Origin: Rhizobium sp. Q54
Lineage (GTDB): Bacteria; Pseudomonadota; Alphaproteobacteria; UBA7879; VGCX01
Assembly (NCBI GenBank): GCA_945870825.1
Contig: CAMBTM010000001.1
Location: 26,926 to 90,925 of the forward strand
Direction: 5' to 3'
Length of the DNA: 64,000 nt
Shown: positions 1 to 11,093 of the stretch, one piece after another
Layout: every line of letters begins with the position of its first letter
Position numbering within the stretch: position 1 is the stretch's first letter
Translations under genes and position numbers: made by a program
The notes under the pieces: generated by a model
What the model saw: only the letters and a program-made list of their open reading frames with translations
Databases searched by the model: none
Told to the model about the DNA's origin: nothing

Positions 1-49
1 ATTTAAAAATCCTAAATTTTTTCAACTATCCGTCCACTATATACGAAAA

Positions 50-397
50 TCAAGAGGGGGTCCAAGGTTGATAGGAAAATTTCTTTACAGGCAACCCCTC
101 CTTAATAGGTAAGGCCTTAGAAGGATCTATCGGCAAAGGCACTGACGCGTAATGGTGCATCCATCCGTGCCAAAGAGGCGGCACCTTACCATAAATAGTC
201 CCTCTCGCATAAATCACCCAACGACGGGGATTTTTCGGTGTTCCCATAAAAATATTACGGGATTCGTAGTACGCATTCCCCTGCGTATCGCTTCCTGATA
301 ATTTGGCAATTTTGAAAAAAACGCGCAGTGCCGTTTCTAACTTTTCGATGAAACCCTTCATAAATACACTTGGTCCATAAATGGGAAAAGTTTTCAA
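50..397 (-). CDS. NADH:ubiquinone oxidoreductase 17.2 kDa subunit (NDUFA12 family) protein
   Basis: 115 aa ORF with the NDUFA12 signature YARGTIYGKVPP..WHGWMHH, common in alphaproteobacteria. Confidence 0.65.
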   Translation of the reverse strand: MKTFPIYGPSVFMKGFIEKLETALRVFFKIAKLSGSDTQGNAYYESRNIFMGTPKNPRRWVIYARGTIYGKVPPLWHGWMHHYASVPLPIDPSKALPIKEGLPVKKFSYQPWTPS

Positions 398-459
398 GAA
401 AAAAATTTAAAAAAACTAAAAAAATTCCCTTGCGCCTTTATTGGGAGAAAAGCTACATT

Positions 460-507
460 GGTGCCATATGTAGTACGTTAAATCTTTAAAAGGTGCCATA
501 TTTAGTA
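460..507 (+). promoter_or_regulatory. Tandem direct repeat GGTGCCATAT(G/T)TAGTA(C/T)G spaced 32 bp, about 75-120 bp upstream of nrdJ; candidate NrdR-box pair
   Basis: Two near-identical 18-mers at 460-477 and 492-509. The 32-bp (three-turn) spacing and position upstream of an RNR gene fit tandem NrdR boxes. The right half matches the ATaTwGtgt consensus and the left half matches poorly. Confidence 0.3.
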
Positions 508-579
508 TGAAATACCTTTTTGAGATAACAGCCTTCTACTCGAAAATTTCATAAATATTATTACTTTAAAGGACAAATT

Positions 580-3500
580 ATGCGCATCGACAGACGATTT
601 ACGAAGGACTCTTTAACAACTTATGCAGGCATCGCCTTCAAAAAAACGTCAAGCGAAATCAAAAATCCTGATGGGACGATTGTTTTTAGCCTCAAAGATT
701 TTGAAGTCCCTGAATCATGGTCCCAAGTTGCTGCCGACATTATTGCCCAAAAGTATTTCAGAAAAGCAGGCGTTCCTGTTTGTCTTAAAACGCTAGAAGA
801 AGCGGGGGTTCCTGAATGGCTATGCCCTTCTGTCCCCGATCAAGAGGCTCTTGAAAAGCTCCCCCTTGAGGCGCGCTATTCTTCTGAGACATCGGCCAAG
901 CAAGTATTCAACAGGCTCGCCGGCACCTGGACCTACTGGGGCTGGAAGCATGGGTATTTTGATACCGAAGCCGATGCCAAGACTTATTATGACGAAATGT
1001 CCTATATGCTTGCAACCCAAATGTGTGCACCAAATTCTCCGCAATGGTTCAACACAGGTCTTCACTGGGCCTATGGCATTACAGGACCTGCCCAGGGACA
1101 TTCTTATGTGGACCCTGAAACTGAACAATTACTGCAATCCACCAGTGCCTATGAACGCCCCCAACCCCACGCCTGCTTTATCCAAAGCATTCATGATGAC
1201 TTAGTCAGTGAGGGTGGGATCATGGACCTTTGGGTCCGAGAAGCCCGTCTTTTTAAATATGGTTCTGGAACCGGATCCAACTTTTCAAACCTGCGGGGCA
1301 AGGGCGAGTCCTTGTCAGGTGGCGGAAAATCTTCTGGCCTCATGAGTTTCTTGCGTATTGGTGACAGGGCTGCTGGGGCCATTAAGTCGGGTGGCACCAC
1401 AAGGCGTGCCGCCAAGATGGTCTCCGTTGATGTGGATCACCCCGATATTGAAGAATATATCAATTGGAAAGTTGTTGAAGAACAAAAAGTCGCAGCCCTT
1501 GTTGCTGGATCTAAAATCACCAAGAAGTACGTCGACACCATCATGACGGCATGCTATGCCGTGGATAGTGACAAAGCCGAAGTTGATCCCCATAAAAATC
1601 CTGCCCTCAAAGCAGCCATCAAGGATGCCAGAAAAAGCATGGTCCCTGATAGCTATATCCAACGGACCCTGCAACTTGCATCCCTTGGAGAAAAGTCTAT
1701 TGATTATAAAACCTATGATACCGACTGGGATTCCGAAGCTTATGGAACTGTATCGGGACAAAACTCCAATAACTCTGTGCGCGTCTCTAATGATTTTTTG
1801 GACCGTGTGGAAAAAGGTACTTCTTGGGATTTGATCAACCGAACAGATGGAAAAGTATCAAAGACTATTCCTGCAAAAGAACTTTGGCATAAGATTTCTT
1901 ACGCAGCTTGGGCATGCGCTGACCCTGGCATCCAGTATGATACCACCATTAACGAATGGCATACGTGCCCCCAACATGGGCGGATCAAAGCATCCAACCC
2001 TTGTTCTGAATATATGTTTTTGGATGATACAGCCTGTAACTTGGCATCTTTAAATTTGATGAAATTTTATCAGCCTGCTATCAATGGAAAACCCCAATTT
2101 GATCTAGAAGGATTCGAACACGGAACACGTCTTTGGACCATGGCCCTTGAAATTGCGGTTCTCATGTCCCAGCTCCCTTCCAAAGAAATTGCCCTCGGAA
2201 CTTATAAATATCGGACACTGGGCCTTGGCTTTGCAAATATTGGCGGCCTTTTGATGGCTTTTGGTATCCCTTACGATAGTCCTGAAGGTCGGGCTATCGC
2301 AGGGGGTATTGGGGCGTTGATGACAGGGGTTTCTTATACAACCTCTGCTGAAATGGCAAAGGAACTAGGTGCCTTTAAAGGGTACGCAGGCAATGAGAGG
2401 GATATGTTGCGGGTCATGCGTAACCATCGGCGTGCCGCCTATGGTAAAGCAGAGGGATATGAAAAATTAGAAATTGCTCCTGTCGCCCTTGATATTGATC
2501 ATTGTGCCATTCCATACTTGGCAGTTCATGCCCAAAAAGCCTGGGATGCTGCCCTAGATCTTGGGGAACAATATGGCTACCGCAACGCCCAAACAACCGT
2601 TATTGCCCCAACAGGGACCATCGGCCTTGTGATGGACTGTGACACGACAGGCATTGAGCCAGACTTTGCTTTGGTGAAATTCAAGAAATTAGCGGGTGGC
2701 GGATACTTTAAAATTATCAACCAAATGGTCCCCATGGCCTTAATTAACCTTGGATATACCCAAGACCAAGTGGATGAAATCATTCAATATGCCGTCGGTC
2801 ATGGATCCTTGAAAAATTGTCCTTCTATTAATTACGACCTTTTAAAGCAAAAGAAGTTTGGGGACAGGGAAATTGACATTCTTGAAAACAACCTCAAGAC
2901 AGCCTTTGATATTAAATTTGTCTTCAACAAATGGACCTTTGGGGAAGATTTTTGCACAAAGACCCTGGGGTTCACCAAGGAACAATTGGATAAACCGACC
3001 TTTAACATCCTAGAGGCTTTGGGCTTTTCCAAGCAAGACATTGACGCGGCTAATGCCTATTGCTGTGGCACCATGACCTTAGAACAAGCCCCTTACTTAA
3101 AGGCGGAACACCTGCCTGTCTTTGACTGTGCCAATCCTTGTGGTCGCATCGGCAAGCGTTTCTTATCGGCTGAAAGCCATATTCGGATGATGGCTGCTGT
3201 TCAACCGTTTATTTCAGGTGCCATTTCAAAGACCATCAACATGCCCAATCATGCAACCATTGAAGACTGCCATGAGGCTTATATGTTGTCCTGGAAGTTA
3301 GGTCTTAAGGCCAATGCCTTGTACCGCGATGGATCAAAATTATCTCAGCCGTTGAATTCCGCCCTTCTCGAAGAAGAAGATGAGGAAGATAACAATATAG
3401 AAGAAACGTTGATGTCCAAAACACAAACAGAGCGCACAACCCATGTTGTCGAACGCGTGGTAGAGCGGATCATCAATCAAGCGGCAAGACGCAAACTCCC

Positions 3501-4221
3501 CGGACGACGCAAGGGATACACCCAAAAAGCCACCATCGGGGGCCATAAGGTTTATCTTCGAACCGGTGAATATGAGGACGGCCGTCTTGGGGAAATCTTT
3601 ATTGATATGCACAAAGAAGGGGCGGCTTTCAGAAGCCTCATGAACAACTTTGCCATGGCCATTTCCATCGGTCTTCAATACGGCGTACCACTAGAAGAAT
3701 TTGTCGAGGCCTTCACTTTCATGCGCTTTGAACCCGCAGGTGTTGTAAAGGGGAATGATGCCATCAAGATGGCGACATCCATTTCTGACTACGTATTTCG
3801 AGAACTGGCTATTTCATACCTCGGCCGAACGGATTTAGCCCACGTCCAAGCGTCCGATCTTTTGCCTGATAGCGTTGGAGGTGATTCACAAGGTGAATCT
3901 TCATTAGCAACGGAATCCATCACACCGATGGCCAGCAATGGGTATATCCGCCGGAAACTTTATGTTTTGCATAGTGATACGCAGCAACACGATGACAATC
4001 CTTTTGTGACGAGCGCTGTGTTGAAACAAACCGAATCAACGGTGCGAAAAACAGATGCAGCCCAAGAACAAAGTGCGGACGAAAAAGCTGAAAAAATCAA
4101 AGCTGCCCGCCTGCAAGGCTATGCCGGAGATGCATGTGGTGATTGTGGAAACTTTACACTCGTTCGTAATGGGACATGCCTCAAGTGTAATACCTGCGGC
4201 AGTACGACGGGTTGTTCTTGA
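580..4221 (+). CDS. nrdJ: Vitamin B12-dependent (class II) ribonucleotide reductase
   Basis: 1213 aa, long alphaproteobacterial NrdJ architecture with a C-terminal CxxC...CxxC zinc ribbon (CGDCGN...CLKCNTCG). Overall similarity to class II RNR judged by eye. Confidence 0.9.
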   Translation: MRIDRRFTKDSLTTYAGIAFKKTSSEIKNPDGTIVFSLKDFEVPESWSQVAADIIAQKYFRKAGVPVCLKTLEEAGVPEWLCPSVPDQEALEKLPLEARYSSETSAKQVFNRLAGTWTYWGWKHGYFDTEADAKTYYDEMSYMLATQMCAPNSPQWFNTGLHWAYGITGPAQGHSYVDPETEQLLQSTSAYERPQPHACFIQSIHDDLVSEGGIMDLWVREARLFKYGSGTGSNFSNLRGKGESLSGGGKSSGLMSFLRIGDRAAGAIKSGGTTRRAAKMVSVDVDHPDIEEYINWKVVEEQKVAALVAGSKITKKYVDTIMTACYAVDSDKAEVDPHKNPALKAAIKDARKSMVPDSYIQRTLQLASLGEKSIDYKTYDTDWDSEAYGTVSGQNSNNSVRVSNDFLDRVEKGTSWDLINRTDGKVSKTIPAKELWHKISYAAWACADPGIQYDTTINEWHTCPQHGRIKASNPCSEYMFLDDTACNLASLNLMKFYQPAINGKPQFDLEGFEHGTRLWTMALEIAVLMSQLPSKEIALGTYKYRTLGLGFANIGGLLMAFGIPYDSPEGRAIAGGIGALMTGVSYTTSAEMAKELGAFKGYAGNERDMLRVMRNHRRAAYGKAEGYEKLEIAPVALDIDHCAIPYLAVHAQKAWDAALDLGEQYGYRNAQTTVIAPTGTIGLVMDCDTTGIEPDFALVKFKKLAGGGYFKIINQMVPMALINLGYTQDQVDEIIQYAVGHGSLKNCPSINYDLLKQKKFGDREIDILENNLKTAFDIKFVFNKWTFGEDFCTKTLGFTKEQLDKPTFNILEALGFSKQDIDAANAYCCGTMTLEQAPYLKAEHLPVFDCANPCGRIGKRFLSAESHIRMMAAVQPFISGAISKTINMPNHATIEDCHEAYMLSWKLGLKANALYRDGSKLSQPLNSALLEEEDEEDNNIEETLMSKTQTERTTHVVERVVERIINQAARRKLPGRRKGYTQKATIGGHKVYLRTGEYEDGRLGEIFIDMHKEGAAFRSLMNNFAMAISIGLQYGVPLEEFVEAFTFMRFEPAGVVKGNDAIKMATSISDYVFRELAISYLGRTDLAHVQASDLLPDSVGGDSQGESSLATESITPMASNGYIRRKLYVLHSDTQQHDDNPFVTSAVLKQTESTVRKTDAAQEQSADEKAEKIKAARLQGYAGDACGDCGNFTLVRNGTCLKCNTCGSTTGCS

Positions 4222-4294
4222 GGGGAGCAGAGAAAGATTTCATACACTGCGTGTAAAAAATATTGAGAAATTTATAGATATTTTGTTCATGCAG

Positions 4295-4391
4295 AACCCT
4301 CTGCATAATATGGCAAATGAACAAACTAACTTTCTGAAAGTGTGGAAAAATCTTCTTGTGGATTATGGAAAGAGTCATTATGCAGAGGGTT
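4295..4391. repeat. 15-bp perfect inverted repeat (AACCCTCTGCATAAT / ATTATGCAGAGGGTT) flanking about 67 nt, with nested small hairpins ATGCAGA-ACCC-TCTGCAT and AATGGT-TTTT-ACCATT
   Basis: Read directly from the sequence in the nrdJ 3' intergenic region. Confidence 0.6.
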
Positions 4392-4434
4392 TGAATGGTT
4401 TTTACCATTAAACGGAAACTGCCTTTATCCCAAT

Positions 4435-4467
4435 CGCCACGGCATTCAAAACCGTGGCGATTTTTTT
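4435..4467 (+). terminator. Rho-independent terminator downstream of nrdJ
   Basis: GC stem CGCCACGG / CCGTGGCG with loop CATTCAAAA, followed by ATTTTTTT. Confidence 0.65.
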
Positions 4468-4549
4468 ACCCCCATTTTTTCATATCTTCAACACATCCTT
4501 CATGGCATAATTCTTAAAGGACATTACGGTGACTTGTAGATAAGCATTC

Positions 4550-7501
4550 ATGAACGGCAAAGGACGATTTTTAAAGATTTTGACAGCCCTTTTTATTTTC
4601 TTAGGGTTTTTTTTCTTGGCCGGCGTTTGGCGGTTATCCGAAAGCCCCTTAAGACTTCCGGTCCATTTTGCAAAGATCCGCACATTTGTCCAACAATACG
4701 GCGTGGACTTTGAAGAAATCTATCTTTTTTCCCCGTCCCTTTTCAGTCTTCCTGGGATCCTTATACAAAAAGGCTACTTTGAGAATGAGGGCCTTGATTT
4801 TCGAGCAGAAAATATTTTTATGAGTTGGAAATTAGGGTCCCTTTTTTCCCATAAAAAATCCTGGAAAATAAGCCAAGTAACCTTGGAGGCACCCCATATT
4901 CTCTTTAAGAATAATCAATCAAGTGCTGGCGTGCCCAGTAATATGGATATTCCTGCCATCACCATTAAGAATGGAACTTTTGGCAATCTCCCCAATGGCA
5001 CAATCTTGCCACCCCACAGTGTCAACGGTACTTTTTACCAAGAAAAAGGCCGCACCCTTTTGCATTTCTATATCGAAAGCAACAAAACAACCATCAATGG
5101 CACTCTCAGCATACAAGGTGATCATATCAAAATGACTGGGGCCATTCGTCATTTTTTGCCCAAAGATTGGATTTCTTTCATACCCGAAGAAAGTCATGGG
5201 TGGTGTAACTTTTTTGAAAATCATATTCCTCTCATAGACTTTAGTTTTAATGGTCGTCTTCGTGATAGGTGGCCAGAAGGATTTTTAACCATTAATATAC
5301 AAGCCCCCTTTAAAGAAAATAATCAGATAAAGACTGTTCCTGTGCGGTGCCACCTAGGCCTCACCCATACAGAAACCATGTTGAAAATCTCTCTTGCGAC
5401 CAAGACCGAGGCCTTCCCTTGGGCCGGCCTTAAAGACCTCTGGCCCACCTTTCTATCCCCCAATGTCCGCAGCTGGTGCATAGACCGTATTCAAGGGGGA
5501 GAAGCCCATCCTGTGGATCTTGTGGCTAACCTTTCGTGGAACAAGGAAACTCATGATGTTCGCTTGGAAGATTTGAACGGAACCCTTGGGGTCAGTCACG
5601 GCAACGTGCGTTATATGGACAGCATGCCGCTGGTTGAAGATGCCATTGCAAATGCCACCTTCACAGCTGATGAATTCATTATTCAAATCCCCCAAGGATC
5701 CACAGAAAATCTCAATGTCACAAAAGGGACCGTACGCTTTATTGATCTTCAAACAGATGATCCCCAAGGTGTTATTGATCTCACGATTGAAGGCCCTTTG
5801 ACCCAAGCCCTTTGGGTGGCAGACCATCCCCCCTTCCGCTTTGCAAGTCAATATCATTTTGACCCACGATCTGTATCTGGCCATTCTAAAACCAAGTTAG
5901 TCATGAAATTTCCAACCACAACGGTACCAACGTTGGATACCATGAAGCCAACGGTTGTGGCCCATATACAAGACTTCGCCATGAAGAAAAAGATTGCGGG
6001 CCAACAAGTACAGTTAAAAAAGGGCAGCTTTACCCTCAACATCACTAAAGATCTTTTGTCTCTCAAGGGAACAGCTTTTATCAATGGCACACGAGGATTT
6101 ATTCACTGGGAAGAGTCATTTGCGAAAAACCCAAAGTTTCTGAGACGGTATCAGGTGAAACTGCCCATGACTGTTACAAAACTTCTGTCCTTCACGCCCC
6201 CTGCTGTTCAAGACTTTGTTAAAACAGCGCCCGAGTTTTCTTTCAAAGACCAAGTCCTTCTAAATTTGGATTATATGGATGTGAATCCCCAGGATTCTCT
6301 GCTCATTTTAAATCTGGATCTGAAAAACAGCGCTGTCACACTGCCCCTCTTCCAGTATGAAAAGAAGATGGAAGAACCAGGGACCTTGTTTTTACGTCTT
6401 CTCTTTAAGAAAGAAATCATTCATGCCATCGATAGGTTTCACTTAACGGCAAAGGACTTAAATATAAAAGGCACTTGTACGTTCAATAAAGCAGGAAATC
6501 TGACACATATGCAGTTTCAGGATATTCATGTGAATAAATCTCAGTTGACAGGCTACCTCAAGAAAGAAAAAGATCTTTGGAAATTAGCCCTCAAAGGCCC
6601 TGACATTGTTCTTCCCCCCATTATTGCTTTTTATAAAAATTTGCCTGATACCCCAGAAAACAAAAGCCAAACAAATCTTGATATTGCCTTTGATTTTCCA
6701 AGTGTTTTTTTGGATAATGATATCGTCTTTTATGACATTAAAGGCACTATGGCATGGAGAGAGGGCGCACTCCATCACTACGACTTTAGGGGTGGAAGTG
6801 TCGAAAAACCAACTCTTACCCTTCAATATGGTCCTCAAGGGAATGAAATGAAACTCTCCCTTAAAACATCCGTCATGAACGACATTCTTAAAGGCTTTGA
6901 TTGGACAGAGACCATTACCGCAGGAGATGTGACGATTAATGCAACGAAACCGTTGAATGCCACCAAAAAACCCCTGATTGGCAAAATGGATGTCCGTAAC
7001 TTCCGTATTAAAAATGCGCCTATTTTGGCAAAACTTCTTTCTCTCATTTCCATTGAAGGACTTCTCAGTACTTTAACAGGGGAAGGGATCCTTTTTGTAA
7101 CAGGAGAAGCAGACTTTGAATATTTGGACAAAAAAATAGCGATCCCCCATCTTGAACTGACCAGTAGTTCTCTTGGTATTACTGCTAAAGGATATGTGGA
7201 CTTAAAAGAGAATAGGATTGATACAACGGGTTATATTATCCCCGCCAATCTGTTGAATCAAATCATCGGTAACATTCCTCTGATTGGCAATATCTTGTCT
7301 GGAGGGTCAAAAGAACACAAAGGACTTGTCTCCATGTCTTACAGCATGAAGGGTCCCCTTGGAGACCCAGAGGTCTCATCCGACCCCCTTTCCGTCCTTG
7401 CCCCCAATTTTGTGAAAGGCCTTTTCTCAAGCCTCACTGGCAGTGGGAAAGAGGTGCCATCGCTGAGTAAGACGCCGGCGTATAAGAGCCAAGTTTTTTA
7501 A
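4550..7501 (+). CDS. AsmA/YhdP-like (DUF3971 family) inner-membrane-anchored large periplasmic protein
   Basis: 983 aa with a single N-terminal TM anchor (LKILTALFIFLGFFFLAGVW) and a long beta-rich body. The C-terminal region (GNILSGGSKEHKGLVSMSYSMKGPLGDPEVS) resembles the AsmA_2/YhdP C-terminus. Family assignment is by eye. Confidence 0.5.
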   Translation: MNGKGRFLKILTALFIFLGFFFLAGVWRLSESPLRLPVHFAKIRTFVQQYGVDFEEIYLFSPSLFSLPGILIQKGYFENEGLDFRAENIFMSWKLGSLFSHKKSWKISQVTLEAPHILFKNNQSSAGVPSNMDIPAITIKNGTFGNLPNGTILPPHSVNGTFYQEKGRTLLHFYIESNKTTINGTLSIQGDHIKMTGAIRHFLPKDWISFIPEESHGWCNFFENHIPLIDFSFNGRLRDRWPEGFLTINIQAPFKENNQIKTVPVRCHLGLTHTETMLKISLATKTEAFPWAGLKDLWPTFLSPNVRSWCIDRIQGGEAHPVDLVANLSWNKETHDVRLEDLNGTLGVSHGNVRYMDSMPLVEDAIANATFTADEFIIQIPQGSTENLNVTKGTVRFIDLQTDDPQGVIDLTIEGPLTQALWVADHPPFRFASQYHFDPRSVSGHSKTKLVMKFPTTTVPTLDTMKPTVVAHIQDFAMKKKIAGQQVQLKKGSFTLNITKDLLSLKGTAFINGTRGFIHWEESFAKNPKFLRRYQVKLPMTVTKLLSFTPPAVQDFVKTAPEFSFKDQVLLNLDYMDVNPQDSLLILNLDLKNSAVTLPLFQYEKKMEEPGTLFLRLLFKKEIIHAIDRFHLTAKDLNIKGTCTFNKAGNLTHMQFQDIHVNKSQLTGYLKKEKDLWKLALKGPDIVLPPIIAFYKNLPDTPENKSQTNLDIAFDFPSVFLDNDIVFYDIKGTMAWREGALHHYDFRGGSVEKPTLTLQYGPQGNEMKLSLKTSVMNDILKGFDWTETITAGDVTINATKPLNATKKPLIGKMDVRNFRIKNAPILAKLLSLISIEGLLSTLTGEGILFVTGEADFEYLDKKIAIPHLELTSSSLGITAKGYVDLKENRIDTTGYIIPANLLNQIIGNIPLIGNILSGGSKEHKGLVSMSYSMKGPLGDPEVSSDPLSVLAPNFVKGLFSSLTGSGKEVPSLSKTPAYKSQVF

Positions 7502-7545
7502 ACATGTTGATTGTTTTCTAATGTCTATCTGAACTTATACACAGC

Positions 7546-8563
7546 CTAATCCAAAAAGGGCTTCAAAAGTGCCATTCCCTTTTGGATTTGGGGCTCAAGG
7601 TAAAGACCATAAGCGCCCTTGGGACGCCTTGCTTTTTGGCGTTCAAGTTTTTTAAATCCTTGACGTACCAGATAACACCCAAAGTGTAACCGGTTCAATA
7701 AACGGTATTTCTCAAGTTTTGCCAAATTTTCCGGTGTAACGGCCCCAAAATAAGCCTCCACCATTTGGTGTTCTTGCTCAGCTGTAAAGTCCATCTGTTC
7801 GGCTAATGAACCTAAATCCTCAAAAACATCCCCATGACTCACTTCTGACCAGTCGATCAAGGCAACGCTACCTCCCACAATAATGTTGGACGCTTGAATA
7901 TCACCGTGCACCACGTGGGTAAAAGAAGGCTTTAAAGAGTCTAAGAATTTTTCAGCCTTCACTAATCTTTCTTTCATATCAGGGGCGACTTTCAACAGTT
8001 CCCTCAATCGCCTCAGGGAACGATACCGCAATGATTTATTATCAAAATGAAGAGGCAATGTTGGAAGCAAGGCATGAGAGGCCTTTAGTTTTTCCATAAA
8101 CACCTTGAGCGTCTCTGGATTCTTAAAATAATCTTGATCCGGATGATGCCCTTCCAAAAACTCTGTGATCATCACTTGGTAACGAGGATCATGCCAAAAA
8201 AGCTTGGGATAACCCCAAACAGCCCCTAAGGCCTTTGTTGTTTCAATGGTCCGTCGACGTTCTGCAATAGGTGTTTTTTCATAGAAAATCTTGATAAAAA
8301 GTGAATGTTCCTGGCCTTTCACATCCAAAATACGCTGTTTGCGTTTCCCGTGGGATGATTCACCCAAAAAATTTGAATGCCCCTCTAATGATTGATGCCC
8401 TGGAAAAAGATGCTCGGTCCCTTGTATAATGTGGGTCCGAACAGCGTTAATAAACCCTGGCCTTAAGGTGCGAGGAACCGGATAACTCCAGCAAGGCAAT
8501 AACAGGATGAGAACAAAAACAAGCTTAAAGGGTGCGCGCCACCGACTTAACTTCAGAACACTC
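7546..8563 (-). CDS. Phosphotransferase-family kinase (APH/choline-ethanolamine kinase-like fold)
   Basis: Brenner motif [11 protein letters not shown] and DWSEVSHGD are present. The start is uncertain: candidates are ATG at 8613 or 8589, GTG at 8580, or TTG at 8563, and every one overlaps the 3' end of infB. Confidence 0.6.
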
Positions 8564-11077
8564 AATGATATCTCCTTCACGTAAATCATGATAATTTTCA
8601 AAGGCCATGCCACATTCTAGATTATTCTTCACTTCTTTTACTTCATCTTTGAGCCGCTTTAGGGATTTCAACGGACCTTCATGAATCACAACATCGTCTC
8701 TCAAGATACGCACCTTAGCACCGCGTTTAACAACACCTTCTGAGACATAACATCCAGCAATGGTGCCTACTTTCGAAATCTTGAAAATTTGACGTACTGT
8801 CGCACGCCCCAAGAATTCTTCTTGAGAAACAGGCGACAACATGCCCCCCATCATCGCTTTGATATCGTCAATAATCTCATAAATGATCGAATAATACCGA
8901 ATATCGAGATGCTTTTGTCGAGCAAGCTCCCGTGCTTGGGTATTGGCCCGTACGTTAAACCCAATGATCAGAGCACTGGACGCAGATGCCAGGGAAATAT
9001 CAGTTTCATTAATACCACCCACGCTGCAATGCAAAACACGCACACTGACCTCTGCTGTGGCTAATTTCTGCAAACTTGCACTGATGGCCTCAGCGGATCC
9101 TTGAACGTCGGCCTTAATGACCACTGCCAATTCCTTAGAATTGTTTTGTGTTGAAAAGAAGTTCGCAGCGGTAGCCGTTTCTTGAACAGCTGCTTTTTCC
9201 CGCTTTTTCAAACGACGATGGTCAGCAACTTCTCGGGCCTGAGCCTCATCTTTTACAACAAAAAAGGTATCGCCTGCCAAAGGAACGCCGTCAAACCCAA
9301 GGACTTCGACGGGGAATCCTGGACCAGCGCCTTCAACACGATGGCCCTTGTCGTCCACCAAGGCTCTGACTTTTCCAACTTCTATCCCTGCCACAAAAAT
9401 ATCGCCCGTCCGCAAAGTTCCTTTTTGAATCAAGATGGTCGCAACAGGTCCACGGCCTTTTTCAATTTTAGCTTCAACCACAGATCCCACCGCATCGCGG
9501 TCCGGATTAGCCTTCAAATCCAAAACATCCGCTTGAAGCAAAATAGCATCCGTTAGCTTATCGAGATTCATTTTTTTGGTTGCAGAGACTTCAACTGATA
9601 AAACATCTCCCCCCATTTGTTCCACAACAAGTTCGTGTCTTAAAAGCTCCGTCCTGACACGATCCGCGTCTGCAGCGGGCTTATCCATTTTGTTAATCGC
9701 AACAATGATTGGAACCCCTGCGGCTTTGGCATGGTTAATCGCCTCAATAGTCTGTTCTTTCAGTCCATCATCGGCAGCAACCACCAAGACAACGATATCC
9801 GTCACATGGGCCCCGCGGGCCCGCATTTCTGTAAAGGCAGCGTGACCAGGGGTGTCAATAAAGGTAATCTTATCCCCAGAATCGAGTGTCACTTGGTACG
9901 CCCCAATATGTTGGGTAATCCCTCCAGCTTCGCCCGCAACCACATCCGTTGTCCGCAACGCATCCAGCAAAGACGTCTTTCCGTGGTCCACGTGGCCCAT
10001 AATAGTCACAACAGGTGGACGGGCTTTTAAATCTTCAGGCTTATCAATCGATCCAATTAACGCTTCTTCAAGGTCCGTATCTGACACACGTTTCACTTTG
10101 TGTCCCAAATCTTCTGCAACCAATTGGGCTGTGTCGGCATCAAGAACGTGGGTGATTGTTGCCATGACCCCAAGTTTCATCAAAGACTTGATCACTTTAG
10201 CCCCTTGTTCTGCCATACGGTTGGCAAGATCTTGGACTGAAATCACGTCAGGGATAATGACTTCTCTGGATACTTTCTCTAAAGGATTAAATTGTTCTTG
10301 AAGTTTCTTTCGTTCTTTCTCGCGGGCCCGTTTGATGGACGAAAGACTGCGAGTCCGTTCATTTTCTTCTTCTTCCAAGGCCTCTTCAACGGTCATCTTT
10401 CCAATGACACGCTTGTTCTCGCGGCGATTGACGGTAACTTTTTTGACTTCATAAAGCTGATGCTTTTTCGTCTTTTCACTTTCTTCTGTTGCGTCATCAT
10501 CAAGATCTTTTTTTGTCTTGATTACTTTCGCTTCCAATGGTTTCTTAGCATTTTCGGGCAACACCATCGGGTCTTGGATTGCAGGATCTTGCACCGGTTG
10601 GTCTTCAACTGCTGGAGGCTCTGGTGTTTGCTTCGCGTACTTTTCTTCCATCAATTTCTTGATTTCAGCATCCCGGCGCGTCATCTCATCCCGCCTAGCT
10701 TCCTGCTTTTGAACAAACTGATTGGCCCGCTGAAGCGCTTGAAGACGGGCATCTCGTTCCTCAGATGTCAAAAATCCATCATTTCTTTTGTCTGTCGATG
10801 GTCTTTGGTGGGGCTGTGAAGGCTGAATAGTGGACGATGTTTCTTTTGACGGGTCAGGTTGTACACCTTGGACAGGTGACTGCGTAGACTTTGTTCGTTT
10901 CTTGACTTCAACGACAACTGTTTTGGATCGTCCCACCCCTGTTGTGCTGCGTTGTCCCCGATCAGCCCCTACAATATCCTTCAACACTAACTTGGATGAT
11001 AGTGTTAAAGGGGCCTTACCTGAATCCTTTTTAACAGAATCAGGCGCAATGGAACCGTTGTCGTTTTTATCACTCAT
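8525..11077 (-). CDS. infB: Translation initiation factor IF-2
   Basis: 850 aa with a charged, low-complexity N-terminus. G-domain [20 protein letters not shown] and NKMD motifs are present. Confidence 0.95.
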   Translation of the reverse strand: MSDKNDNGSIAPDSVKKDSGKAPLTLSSKLVLKDIVGADRGQRSTTGVGRSKTVVVEVKKRTKSTQSPVQGVQPDPSKETSSTIQPSQPHQRPSTDKRNDGFLTSEERDARLQALQRANQFVQKQEARRDEMTRRDAEIKKLMEEKYAKQTPEPPAVEDQPVQDPAIQDPMVLPENAKKPLEAKVIKTKKDLDDDATEESEKTKKHQLYEVKKVTVNRRENKRVIGKMTVEEALEEEENERTRSLSSIKRAREKERKKLQEQFNPLEKVSREVIIPDVISVQDLANRMAEQGAKVIKSLMKLGVMATITHVLDADTAQLVAEDLGHKVKRVSDTDLEEALIGSIDKPEDLKARPPVVTIMGHVDHGKTSLLDALRTTDVVAGEAGGITQHIGAYQVTLDSGDKITFIDTPGHAAFTEMRARGAHVTDIVVLVVAADDGLKEQTIEAINHAKAAGVPIIVAINKMDKPAADADRVRTELLRHELVVEQMGGDVLSVEVSATKKMNLDKLTDAILLQADVLDLKANPDRDAVGSVVEAKIEKGRGPVATILIQKGTLRTGDIFVAGIEVGKVRALVDDKGHRVEGAGPGFPVEVLGFDGVPLAGDTFFVVKDEAQAREVADHRRLKKREKAAVQETATAANFFSTQNNSKELAVVIKADVQGSAEAISASLQKLATAEVSVRVLHCSVGGINETDISLASASSALIIGFNVRANTQARELARQKHLDIRYYSIIYEIIDDIKAMMGGMLSPVSQEEFLGRATVRQIFKISKVGTIAGCYVSEGVVKRGAKVRILRDDVVIHEGPLKSLKRLKDEVKEVKNNLECGMAFENYHDLREGDIIECSEVKSVARTL

Positions 11078-11093
11078 AGTGAATCACAATCCT

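Noticed and set aside
4055-4411. 118-aa plus-strand ORF overlapping the 3' end of nrdJ and the structured intergenic region
   Set aside because: It is out of frame with, and overlaps, the confidently called nrdJ. The rest of it lies over hairpin and inverted-repeat sequence. It is most likely a frame artefact.
8789-10819. Multiple plus-strand ORFs (91-175 aa) antisense to infB
   Set aside because: They are antisense to a highly conserved gene, have low-complexity or odd composition, and carry no motifs. These are typical shadow ORFs.
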